Positions 1 through 8,773 of a stretch of DNA of 22,138 bases are shown in pieces (within the stretch, counting starts at the first letter, position 1; every line of letters begins with the position of its first letter). The notes beneath the pieces were generated by a model that did not search any database, was not told the origin of the DNA, and was given only the letters and a program-made list of their open reading frames with translations. The stretch is from Promethearchaeota archaeon. GTDB taxonomy: Archaea; Asgardarchaeota; Lokiarchaeia; Sigyniarchaeales; SOKP01. The stretch lies in assembly GCA_016926735.1 (NCBI GenBank), contig JAFGOA010000140.1:1-22138 (forward strand), read 5' to 3'. The position numbers and the translations under genes are program-made.

Positions 1-2
1 TA

Positions 3-1073
3 AAAAATATAGAAGATAATAATGAAAAATATAATATAATAAATAAATACTATAAAATACCTTCAAAAGTAATCCTAGATAAATATCTTAATAATTATAT
101 TTTAAAAAGGCTCTTAGGATCTCAAGGATCCTATGAACCAGTAATGAATGTTGTTCATTTAGCATTTTTATGGAATATTATGTCAATACAAGGTATATGG
201 TTCCCCTCATGCGGTATTAATGGGATAAATGATTTACTTATACGATATATAACCGAACACGGGGGAAGAATTGAAAAAAAAAAAGAAGTATCAAAAATCC
301 TAATTGAAGATGATAGAGCCGTAGGAGTAAAAACAACGGATAAAGAGATTTATAAAGCGAATTGGATAATTGCTGATTCTGATTACAAAAAAATATTCTT
401 AAATCTTATTAATCCAAAATTTCTTCCAAATTCTTTTTTAGATATGGTAAAAAATACCCCTTATACAGGATCAGAGCTATGTGTTTATTTAGGAATTGAT
501 TCAAATAAAATTAATCTGAGTAAATTAAGAGGAGAACATTTTTTTTATCGTTCCAAAATCGAGCCAAATAATTCAAATCCTATTGATTTTCAAAATAAAG
601 ATATAGAAATCTGTTTATGGTCAAGTAAATCTGATAATCTTGCTCCTAAAGGACATATATCCCTAATTCTCAGAGTAAATATGCCTTATCATTATTTTAA
701 GGATTGGAGAGAGGGAAATTTTAAAAGAAATAAAGAATATAAAAAGCAAAAATTTGAGTTAGTTAATAAATTGATAAAAACTGTAGAAAAAATACTTCCG
801 GGATTATCTTCATCTATAGTACAGCTTGAAGCCGCAACACCCCTTACTTATAGAGATTTTATTGGTAGATATAAGGGTTCTATTGCTGGATGGGGAAGAG
901 ATACAGAGAAAATACAATTTAATTCAAAATTATTGATAGAGACACCTATTAAAAAATTATTGATTGTAGGAATATATTCTGTAATAGAACCATTCTTAGG
1001 AGGATTTCCTGTTTCTATATATTCGGGATACCTCGCTGCAAATTTAATTTTAGAAAGAAAAGAATCAAAATAA
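3..1073 (+). CDS. FAD/NAD(P)-dependent oxidoreductase, phytoene desaturase (COG1233)-like, 5'-partial
   Basis: The frame of ORF 144..1073 is open back to position 3, so the gene starts before the window. It has the family's C-terminal motifs: G(I)W(F)P..G, 'EVSKILIEDDRAVGV', 'EAATPLTYRDF...GSIAGW', 'TPIKKL', 'GG...SG..AA'. Confidence 0.8.
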   Translation, partial: KNIEDNNEKYNIINKYYKIPSKVILDKYLNNYILKRLLGSQGSYEPVMNVVHLAFLWNIMSIQGIWFPSCGINGINDLLIRYITEHGGRIEKKKEVSKILIEDDRAVGVKTTDKEIYKANWIIADSDYKKIFLNLINPKFLPNSFLDMVKNTPYTGSELCVYLGIDSNKINLSKLRGEHFFYRSKIEPNNSNPIDFQNKDIEICLWSSKSDNLAPKGHISLILRVNMPYHYFKDWREGNFKRNKEYKKQKFELVNKLIKTVEKILPGLSSSIVQLEAATPLTYRDFIGRYKGSIAGWGRDTEKIQFNSKLLIETPIKKLLIVGIYSVIEPFLGGFPVSIYSGYLAANLILERKESK

Positions 1074-1245
1074 TTAAACATAATTACTAAATCCTTTTTA
1101 TAATTATTTATAGGTTTTTAGTATTAGAGGATAAATAAAATAATCAGATATTTTTTTTCCACTAAGTATTGATAAGTATAAATATAAATTCTATGGATAT
1201 TATGTAAATTAATACTATTATTCATAAAAGTAAAATGAATATATC

Positions 1246-2463
1246 ATGGTTGTTTATTTTGCATTTTTATTCCATATCTATCAACCCCCAACGCAAATTG
1301 CTCCTGTAATCAAACAGATCACAAATGAATCCTATCGACCGATAATTGAGGCATTAAAATCACACCCAGAAGCGAAGATTACTCTAAACATCAACGCAAC
1401 TCTAACAGAGCAATTACATGATTATGGATATACTGATATCATTGATGGAATTACTACTTTAGCTTCTCGAGGGCAAATTGAGTTTACAGGTTCAGGTAAA
1501 TTTCATCCTCTTTTACCTCTTATCCCAGAACCAGAGATAAAACGCCAAATCAATCTTAATAATGAAACAAATCGCATGTTTTTTGGAGAAGTATATAAAC
1601 CAAAAGGTTTTTTCCCACCTGAAATGGCAATCTCAGAAGAAGTCCTTAAATGTATAAAAGAGATGGGATTTGAATGGGTGATTATGAGTGGAATTGCAAA
1701 TACTTTTAATCCATGGCCAACAACATTTATTTCTCAGAATAATAATGGGTTAAAACTGATATTTAGAGATGATTTAATCTCTACTGATTGCGCCTTTGAT
1801 AAGGTAAATAATATTGATGCATTTATTGCTCGTATATATTATAAGCATACATCAGAAGATTACTATGTTATTGCAGCGATGGATGGAGAAACGTATGGAC
1901 ATCATGTGAAGCATGCCATCACTAATTTTTTAATTCCTTTATTTAACGCAGTTCCATATCGCCAAGATGTCAAAATGTGTACGATTTCGGAGATTATAGA
2001 GAGATTTCCACTCGGAGCACCACAAACACCAAGGGATTCTAGTTGGTCTACTATGACTTATGATCTTATGCAAGATGTTCCTTTCCCTCTCTGGTTTGAT
2101 CCAAACAACGAAACCCATTTACAACAACATCGATTCTTTATGTATGCCCTTACTCTAATTCATTTAGCTGGAAAATATTATGAAAGTATGGATGCGAAAA
2201 GGAAAAAAATCTTTAATAACGCTCGGAATTTACTTGATAGAGGGATTCACAGTTGTCAGACGTGGTGGGCCTCTAAACGTCCTTGGTATAGTCCAGATAT
2301 GATTTTAAGAGGTTTAAATGAGGTTATGATGGCAAGTGTAAATGCAAAAAGAAGTTTTCCTCCTAATATTTTTGAATATATTCCAGATATAGAAAATGCT
2401 TTAGATTTAATTATGGAAGACATGTTAAAGGCTCAAAATAAAATCATTCTTTCATTAAATTAA
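1246..2463 (+). CDS. Glycoside hydrolase family 57 protein (amylase/pullulanase/branching-enzyme-like)
   Basis: N-terminal HxYQP, 'ESYRP', 'HPLLPLI', nucleophile region 'GFFPPEMA', acid/base region 'DGETYGHH', and 'SSWS'. Confidence 0.88.
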   Translation: MVVYFAFLFHIYQPPTQIAPVIKQITNESYRPIIEALKSHPEAKITLNINATLTEQLHDYGYTDIIDGITTLASRGQIEFTGSGKFHPLLPLIPEPEIKRQINLNNETNRMFFGEVYKPKGFFPPEMAISEEVLKCIKEMGFEWVIMSGIANTFNPWPTTFISQNNNGLKLIFRDDLISTDCAFDKVNNIDAFIARIYYKHTSEDYYVIAAMDGETYGHHVKHAITNFLIPLFNAVPYRQDVKMCTISEIIERFPLGAPQTPRDSSWSTMTYDLMQDVPFPLWFDPNNETHLQQHRFFMYALTLIHLAGKYYESMDAKRKKIFNNARNLLDRGIHSCQTWWASKRPWYSPDMILRGLNEVMMASVNAKRSFPPNIFEYIPDIENALDLIMEDMLKAQNKIILSLN

Positions 2464-2512
2464 TATTTTTTATAATCGTAAATATTCTAATTAAGGTATT
2501 GTAAATACCTTT

Positions 2513-3133
2513 TCATGTGAGAATTTCAAAATCAGAATTTAAATAATAAGCAATTAATTTTGTAAGAAATCTAGCTAATTCCTCATCAGATTCAAAAAAT
2601 GGTTGAAGAAAAATATGTTGAAAAATGAAAGCATTATAGGTATGATTAATAAATTTAAAGGCTTTTAGAAGATTTTCTTCAGGAATTTCTTTGAAATTTT
2701 CATATTTATTACGTAGATTTACAATAATATCTTGATAATATTCTGTAGATACGTTTTCATATTCTTTAAATAAACCGGGATCAGATAAAATTGCTTGTGT
2801 TAATGCACTATGATATGCATAGTATTTCCGTGTATTTTTTATAAGATTAAGAGCAAAATCACCAAGATAAGAAGGATCAAGAATTTTTTCTGATGATAAA
2901 ACTTCATTGGTTTTATTAATATGATCCGCAAAATATTTCATGAGTTCTTTCATAATCGCTGGTTTTCCTTTTGGAAAATGATGATAAATAGTACCTAAAG
3001 CAACTTTAGCTTTATCACGAATATCTCTGATGCTTATATCATTAAATCCTTTTTTTATGATAAGATCATATAGTGCTAAGATTATTTCTTTATTATGATC
3101 TCTTTTTGTCTTTGACTTTTTCATTTTTTTCAA
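2513..3133 (-). CDS. TetR/AcrR family transcriptional regulator
   Basis: N-terminal HTH 'KGFNDISIRDIRDKAKVALGTIYHHFPKGK'. The start may be TTG 3133 or ATG 3124. Confidence 0.9.
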   Translation of the reverse strand: MKKMKKSKTKRDHNKEIILALYDLIIKKGFNDISIRDIRDKAKVALGTIYHHFPKGKPAIMKELMKYFADHINKTNEVLSSEKILDPSYLGDFALNLIKNTRKYYAYHSALTQAILSDPGLFKEYENVSTEYYQDIIVNLRNKYENFKEIPEENLLKAFKFINHTYNAFIFQHIFLQPFFESDEELARFLTKLIAYYLNSDFEILT

Positions 3134-3134
3134 C

Positions 3135-3215
3135 TAGAACTTTGTTCTAAAAATTTATATATGATTATTTATTCTAGAATAATGATCTAGAACAATGTTA
3201 TAGAATATTAATATA
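3135..3215. promoter_or_regulatory. Candidate TetR operator sites, consensus TAGAAC-N3-GTTCTA
   Basis: Perfect palindrome TAGAACtttGTTCTA at 3135-3149. Degenerate copies at 3175-3189 (TAGAATaatGATCTA), 3188-3202 (TAGAACaatGTTATA) and 3201-3215 (weak). All lie between the divergent TetR and membrane-protein genes. Confidence 0.7.
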
Positions 3216-3282
3216 TACTAAAACATAATGTTCAGTTCATATAAATTTAAAGATATTTATCTAATAAAAAGAAGTTGTAAGA

Positions 3283-3708
3283 ATGATAAACGAAAAAATT
3301 AGAAAAAATTCATATTTACAGTTTGCAGGAAAGATTTTATTTGTATATGGAATTGTTGAAATATTTCAATGTATTACAAATATACTAATAGCCGCAGAGG
3401 TTATATCTAATTTCAGTCTTGATGTATATGAAATGCTGTACCCAAGTGAAGTAGCAAGTCCATGGATAACAAACCCAATACTATACCTTCCATTTATATT
3501 TATGATGACTTCAATAAGAATGATGTCAGGAATAGGCGTATTGAAAAATAAATTATATGGGTTTTGGTTGGGAATGACTGGATCAATATTAACAATTATA
3601 GCAATTCTAGTCGTCTATAGTACTAGTGCTTTTATGCTACCATTCCATGCATTAATAATAATACTGCTTCTAATGGGATATTTAAAAGACTTCACTATAA
3701 TTAATTAA
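3283..3708 (+). CDS. Small integral membrane protein (about 4 TM), probable TetR target
   Basis: 141-aa ORF with four hydrophobic segments, divergent from TetR across the operator array. Confidence 0.75.
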   Translation: MINEKIRKNSYLQFAGKILFVYGIVEIFQCITNILIAAEVISNFSLDVYEMLYPSEVASPWITNPILYLPFIFMMTSIRMMSGIGVLKNKLYGFWLGMTGSILTIIAILVVYSTSAFMLPFHALIIILLLMGYLKDFTIIN

Positions 3709-3721
3709 TTTTTTTTTTTTT
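3709..3721 (+). terminator. Oligo-T tract, probable archaeal terminator between convergent genes
   Basis: Uninterrupted T run directly after the 3708 stop, running into the DJ-1 stop codon. Confidence 0.45.
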
Positions 3722-4319
3722 AATATGTTAAATCAGCAAAAGGATCATTTTTTGGATTTTTATTCCATATATATTCTATTTCTTGACATTGTCGCATAGC
3801 TATTTTTTCACCTAATAAATCTCTGATAAATGCAATTGTCATATCAATACCTGCAGAAATCCCTGAAGATGTATAAATATTTCCATCAACCACCCATCTT
3901 GCCTTTTTTATCCACATAACATTTTTATTAATTGATTTTACCCAAATAAATCTTCTTTTATTTGTTGTTGCTCTTTTTTGATCTAACAAATTGGTTTTTG
4001 CAAGAAGTGCTGCTCCTGTGCAAACAGAAAGGATATAATTAGCGATCATTCCTTTCTTTTGAATAATATTGATTAATTTTTGATTATTAATCTCATTTCT
4101 AGCCCCTAAACCTCCAGGAATAAGTAGAATAAAATCATTATTAGGGATTTCAAGAATATTATCCGTTAAAACAGGTATCGATTGATTACTATAAACGATT
4201 CCTCCATCCAAGGAATATATCTTTATTTTAAACTGTTCTTTTAATCGACCTAGAATTTCGATAGGACCAAATGCATCAAGGGTTTCAAAATGATTAAATA
4301 AAATTGTAGATATTTCCAT
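3720..4319 (-). CDS. DJ-1/PfpI (ThiJ) family protein, isonitrile hydratase-like subgroup
   Basis: 'FETLDAFGPIE', 'LLIPGG.G', nucleophile elbow 'SVCTGA', 'ATTNK', 'DGNIYTSSGISAGID'. Confidence 0.9.
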   Translation of the reverse strand: MEISTILFNHFETLDAFGPIEILGRLKEQFKIKIYSLDGGIVYSNQSIPVLTDNILEIPNNDFILLIPGGLGARNEINNQKLINIIQKKGMIANYILSVCTGAALLAKTNLLDQKRATTNKRRFIWVKSINKNVMWIKKARWVVDGNIYTSSGISAGIDMTIAFIRDLLGEKIAMRQCQEIEYIWNKNPKNDPFADLTY

Positions 4320-4491
4320 TTCTTATTTTTTTTAATTTTATTATTTTTTAGATCTTAAATAAGTAGTTTCTTTTAAAAAAAATTTGTAATCATGAATTTT
4401 AAATAAAATTAGTCTGTTACAAATATCAATATGAATTTGTTTAAACGTAAAAATTAGTGGAATTTATTATTATAGAAAAAAATAAAGATAG

Positions 4492-5988
4492 ATGTTTTCT
4501 GTTGTAATTAGTCTTATACTAAATATTATCTTATTAGTAACTACCATTTTTTACTATATATCATTTATCCAAGAATTAAATTATAGATCCTTAAATCTCC
4601 TTTTATTTATCATATATCTCATTTCAATAATCAATTTTGTCTATAAAATTTATTTTGAGTTCTTTATAGAACCCCCAAATCAAATCTATATTTTATTATT
4701 ATCAATAATCTCCCATTTATTATTATTTACATCCTTAACTATATTAATCAATACTAAAATTTATAAAAATCAAGATACTACTAAGTTAAAATTTCCTTCT
4801 TTTTTTAAATCAAGGCAAGGAACCTTTTCTATCGGAAAAATTCTAAATCAAGGGAAAAAAAAACATAAATTTTTTCTTTCTATGGAAGATCTAGAGAAAC
4901 ATATGTTTGTATGTGGGTCTACAGGTACAGGAAAAAGTAATTTTATTCAAAATTTTCTCCTAAATTTTAAGAAAGAAAATAAAATACCCTTTCTTTTGAT
5001 TGAGTTCAAAGGAGAATATGTTTTTTTACAAAAATATATAAAAAATTTAATTATATTCAAACCTGGGGAAAATTTTTCAATAAATATATTTGATTCAGAA
5101 GATATAGATCCTGAAATTCATGCGGAACGCATTTTTGATATTTTAAAAAGTGGATATCATTTTGACGATACTATAGAATATACTTCTCAAATGCAAAAAG
5201 TTTTGATTGAGATATTAGAGGAGGTTTGTAAAGATAAAAACAAACATAATTGGGAAGGTTTTTACAAGGAATGTGACATATATATGGAAAAAAATAAACG
5301 AGAGATTCCAATGATTAACCAAACTATTATAAGTATTAAGAATCGCATTAGAAGACTATCAAAAGGACCATTAAAACAGATTTTTTTTTCAGAGAGTAAG
5401 ATAGGAATCAATAATCTATTTAATAAAAATGTTATTATAGATTTAAGCTCGATAATAAGACTTGGAGGGGAAAAACAAGATGCTTTATTTTTTCTAAATA
5501 TGATTTTAAAATATCTTTGGGATAGAAACCTGGAAAAAGGAGCATTTAATTATCGTGGTATTAGACATATTACGATAATTGAAGACGCTCAATATTTCGC
5601 TCCAAAAAATAAAGATTATAAAAATAGACTATCTTCATATTTAGAAGATATTGCGTTATTACAAAGGGGAACAGGTGAATGTTTGATCTCAATTGCAACC
5701 CGTCCTCAGATCAGTGAAGATATTTTAGCGAACTGTGGTGTTTTTATTGTTTTTAAAAATCATATGGAAAGGGAATTACAGAGTAAACTATTAAACCTTA
5801 ATGGAAATTATGATTATTATATCTCAATATTAGAGAAAGGACAATGTTTAATTAGAGTTAATTCAATTAAAAGACCATTTTCTTTATACGTACCTTTGAC
5901 TAAAAGAGAATACTTAACATATGATCAAATTCAAAAAACAAACAATTTTATTTTAGATGGAGGGAAAAAAGATATTATATATAATTAA
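4492..5988 (+). CDS. Membrane-anchored HerA/FtsK/VirB4-superfamily (DUF87-like) P-loop ATPase
   Basis: Three N-terminal hydrophobic helices, then 'HMFVCGSTGTGKS' (Walker A), 'LIEFKGEY', 'VIIDLS', Walker B-like 'ITIIEDAQ', 'R..G..LISIATRP', 'ILANC', 'LEKGQCLI'. Confidence 0.8.
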   Translation: MFSVVISLILNIILLVTTIFYYISFIQELNYRSLNLLLFIIYLISIINFVYKIYFEFFIEPPNQIYILLLSIISHLLLFTSLTILINTKIYKNQDTTKLKFPSFFKSRQGTFSIGKILNQGKKKHKFFLSMEDLEKHMFVCGSTGTGKSNFIQNFLLNFKKENKIPFLLIEFKGEYVFLQKYIKNLIIFKPGENFSINIFDSEDIDPEIHAERIFDILKSGYHFDDTIEYTSQMQKVLIEILEEVCKDKNKHNWEGFYKECDIYMEKNKREIPMINQTIISIKNRIRRLSKGPLKQIFFSESKIGINNLFNKNVIIDLSSIIRLGGEKQDALFFLNMILKYLWDRNLEKGAFNYRGIRHITIIEDAQYFAPKNKDYKNRLSSYLEDIALLQRGTGECLISIATRPQISEDILANCGVFIVFKNHMERELQSKLLNLNGNYDYYISILEKGQCLIRVNSIKRPFSLYVPLTKREYLTYDQIQKTNNFILDGGKKDIIYN

Positions 5989-6029
5989 ATAAAGTATCAT
6001 AAGATTCTTTTATTTGATTTTGGTTAATT

Positions 6030-6464
6030 TTAATTTGGTTTTTTTAGTATTTCATATTCTTTTATTAGCCTTTTATAAGTGGTTAGAGTATTTTTCCTTT
6101 TTTTTTCTTTTTCATTTTGTAGTTCTTTAATTTTTTTATCGATAGTAGTATTACAGAATTTATTTATTTCTTTTAAATTATTAGTCTCCTTTTTTATTTC
6201 AATTTTTAAAAGTTTCTGTTTCATCTTAAGATCCGAAAGATCCATATGATTAGTTCTTTTTCTGTCTTTATCAATTTTAGCAGTAATATTTTTCAATTCT
6301 TTTCTATTGGTTGCAAGTTTTACTTCTACGTCTTTGTAATTTGATTTATATTCTTTTTTAATTAAAGTTTTAGCTTCATTCTCTTTTTCTTTATAAATAA
6401 CATCTAAATTTTTCAATTCATTTTTAATTAATGTAATTTGATCTATTAGATCCTTTTGAGCCAA
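6030..6464 (-). CDS. Hypothetical Lys/Glu-rich coiled-coil protein
   Basis: 144-aa TTG-start ORF with heptad-like K/E/L/I composition and no recognisable motif. Confidence 0.6.
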   Translation of the reverse strand: MAQKDLIDQITLIKNELKNLDVIYKEKENEAKTLIKKEYKSNYKDVEVKLATNRKELKNITAKIDKDRKRTNHMDLSDLKMKQKLLKIEIKKETNNLKEINKFCNTTIDKKIKELQNEKEKKRKNTLTTYKRLIKEYEILKKPN

Positions 6465-6846
6465 TTTACATCATCTTTAGATTTTTTTCTCAGAGGAGAT
6501 TTATGATTTATATAAAATTAAGATAAATAATTTTTACTGATTATTATAATTTATTTTAAATCTATAGTTAAAATTATTCCTTAATTTTATATATTTTTAT
6601 AAAATCTCCGTGTTATTCGCATATTTATTTATCTATAAGATTTGATTTTCTGAAAAAATCAATAAAATAGAATATATTTAAAAATGAGGGTCATTCTAGA
6701 GCTAAGCGGAAAAAAAGATAAGATTATTAATTAAAATGTAATTTAATTATCTCTAAATGATCTAAATGAAATTCAGATTCCAGGAAAATTCAGAAGATTC
6801 ACAAAGATAAATTGACGATTTTTTAATTAAAATAATTTTAAAAAAA

Positions 6847-7017
6847 TTAATTTTTATCAAATTTATGACCGCATAAACCACATTTACAACTCATTTTATA
6901 TACGGGTGTTCCCTGCATACTATAATATAAGACGGTATTTTTATCTGGTTCTTCATGAATTTTTCGTGGATTTTCATTACCACATTTAGGACATTTTGTT
7001 CTTTTATAATCTGACAC
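6847..7017 (-). CDS. Small zinc-ribbon protein, 56 aa (not in ORF track)
   Basis: Manual translation from GTG: MSDYKRTKCPKCGNENPRKIHEEPDKNTVLYYSMQGTPVYKMSCKCGLCGHKFDKN*. It has two CxxC knuckles and an SD-like AGGGGT just upstream of the GTG. Confidence 0.8.
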   Translation of the reverse strand: MSDYKRTKCPKCGNENPRKIHEEPDKNTVLYYSMQGTPVYKMSCKCGLCGHKFDKN

Positions 7018-7176
7018 TCTAATAACCCCTAATTCTTATTATATAAATAAAATAGACTTTAGGAATTTAAATCTAAGTTTTTAAATAACAGTTATATAAT
7101 GAAGAACAAAAATCTCATAAACATAAAAAAATAATAAGGAAGAATTTCAACTAAAATTAAGGATATAAAAAGTAAT

Positions 7177-7710
7177 TTACAATAATTTTTCCTCAATGTT
7201 ATTAAGGATCTGATTAGTTATCTCTTCAATTGATTTCTTTGAAGTATCAATTATGATATCTGCTGCTGCTTCATAAAAAGGTTTTCTAAATTCTAAAACT
7301 TTCTCTATTTCTCTTTTAGGATCTTCTTTATTAATTACAGGTCTTGTTTCCTTTCCATCCTTCATTGCTCTTTGAAAAATATCTTCTGCAGATGCTTCTA
7401 ATAAAACAATGAGACAATTCTTTTTTAGATAATCAATATTTATTTTGTTTAACACAACACCACCTCCACATGATATAATTACATGTTTATAATTAGAGAG
7501 TTCTTTACATACAGCAATTTCATATTCCCTAAATCTAATTTCACCATCTTCGAAAAAAATATCTGGAATTGATTTTCCTGCTTTTTCTACAATAATTTTA
7601 TCCATTTCAATAAACTTATAATTATCCCCTAAGTTTTCTGCTAATTTTCTACCAACATAGGTCTTTCCTGTTGCCATGAATCCTATTAAAGCAATTGAAT
7701 TTTTTTTCAT
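7177..7710 (-). CDS. aroK: Shikimate kinase (AroK/AroL, NMP-kinase fold)
   Basis: 'LIGFMATGKT.VG..LA', 'D..I....G.SI..IF...GE..FR..E', 'SCGGG', 'RP', 'R...Y'. Confidence 0.92.
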   Translation of the reverse strand: MKKNSIALIGFMATGKTYVGRKLAENLGDNYKFIEMDKIIVEKAGKSIPDIFFEDGEIRFREYEIAVCKELSNYKHVIISCGGGVVLNKINIDYLKKNCLIVLLEASAEDIFQRAMKDGKETRPVINKEDPKREIEKVLEFRKPFYEAAADIIIDTSKKSIEEITNQILNNIEEKLL

Positions 7711-7795
7711 AATTGATCAAACCAAATACAATAAGAATAGTTATTAATTTTGAAATTTAAATTAAAAATAAATATTAAAAATATCTAAAAAGAAT

Positions 7796-8665
7796 ATGTT
7801 GAAAAAGAATACATTTTCTGGAAAAACAAAGACTTTCTGTCTTATAGGAGATCCTGTTGAACATTCAATGTCCCCTACAATGTGGAATCCTGCTCTTCAA
7901 GAATTAAATTTAGATTCTGTTTATATAGCTTTTAATGTTCACTCCGATGATCTTGAGAAAGCAATCAATGGAATGAGGGCACTTGGAATAAGAGGAATGA
8001 ATGTCACTATTCCTCATAAAGAAAATGTTATAAAATATCTGGATCATGTTGAAGAAGTCTCATTAAAAATAGGAGCAATAAACACCATTAAAAATGAAAA
8101 TGGATATCTTATCGGACGCAATACTGATGCAATAGGAGCAAGAAAATCTTTAATTGATGCGGGTTGCCAAATTTCTGGGAAAAAAATCCTAATCTTAGGA
8201 GCAGGAGGAGTTTCTAGGGCATTATGCTTTATTTTGGCAGAAGAAGCATCAGAAATTATCCTTGTAGATATCATTGAAGAGAGAGCAAAGAATTTAGCAG
8301 AAGAAGTTAAAAAAAAAATGGATGCTAACATCATTGGAAAATTAAGTTCAAAGGAACTAATTTCAAAAGAATTAAAAACTTCAGATATTTTAATTAATGC
8401 TACTCCCTTAGGAATGTATCCAAAAATAGATACAACCCCTATACCTAAAGAGTATTTACACCCAGATCTTTTTATATTTGATGTTGTTTATAATCCTTTA
8501 AATACAAGATTGATGAAGGATGCTCAAGAAATAGGATGCAAGACTTTGGGAGGTTTAGATATGCTTGTAAATCAAGGTGTTTTAGCTTTTCAATGGTGGA
8601 CGGAAAAGACTCCAAATTCAGATCTTATGAAACATTCAATTATTGATTTTTTAGGTATAGTCTAA
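7796..8665 (+). CDS. aroE: Shikimate dehydrogenase
   Basis: 'GDPVEHSMSP', 'NVTIPHK', 'GAINT', 'NTD', 'GAGG', 'NATPLGM', 'DVVYNP', 'GLDMLVNQG'. Confidence 0.95.
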   Translation: MLKKNTFSGKTKTFCLIGDPVEHSMSPTMWNPALQELNLDSVYIAFNVHSDDLEKAINGMRALGIRGMNVTIPHKENVIKYLDHVEEVSLKIGAINTIKNENGYLIGRNTDAIGARKSLIDAGCQISGKKILILGAGGVSRALCFILAEEASEIILVDIIEERAKNLAEEVKKKMDANIIGKLSSKELISKELKTSDILINATPLGMYPKIDTTPIPKEYLHPDLFIFDVVYNPLNTRLMKDAQEIGCKTLGGLDMLVNQGVLAFQWWTEKTPNSDLMKHSIIDFLGIV

Positions 8666-8773
8666 TTTTTTTTTCTAAATTATGTTATTAAGAGAAATGT
8701 TCAAATTATAAAAACTATTTTCTTCAAAATCTATTTAAAAAAATCTTAAAGTAATGTATTTTTTTTATTTTTA

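Noticed and set aside
848-1081. 77-aa minus-strand ORF
   Set aside because: Antisense shadow of the oxidoreductase with no motifs.
6465-6846. Short repeats in the intergenic gap (TCTAAATGA x2, AAATTCAGA x2, GGAGATTT/AAATCTCC)
   Set aside because: They are short, irregularly spaced and expected by chance at this AT content. They do not form a CRISPR array or a recognisable origin box.
8044-8334. 96-aa minus-strand ORF
   Set aside because: Antisense shadow inside aroE.
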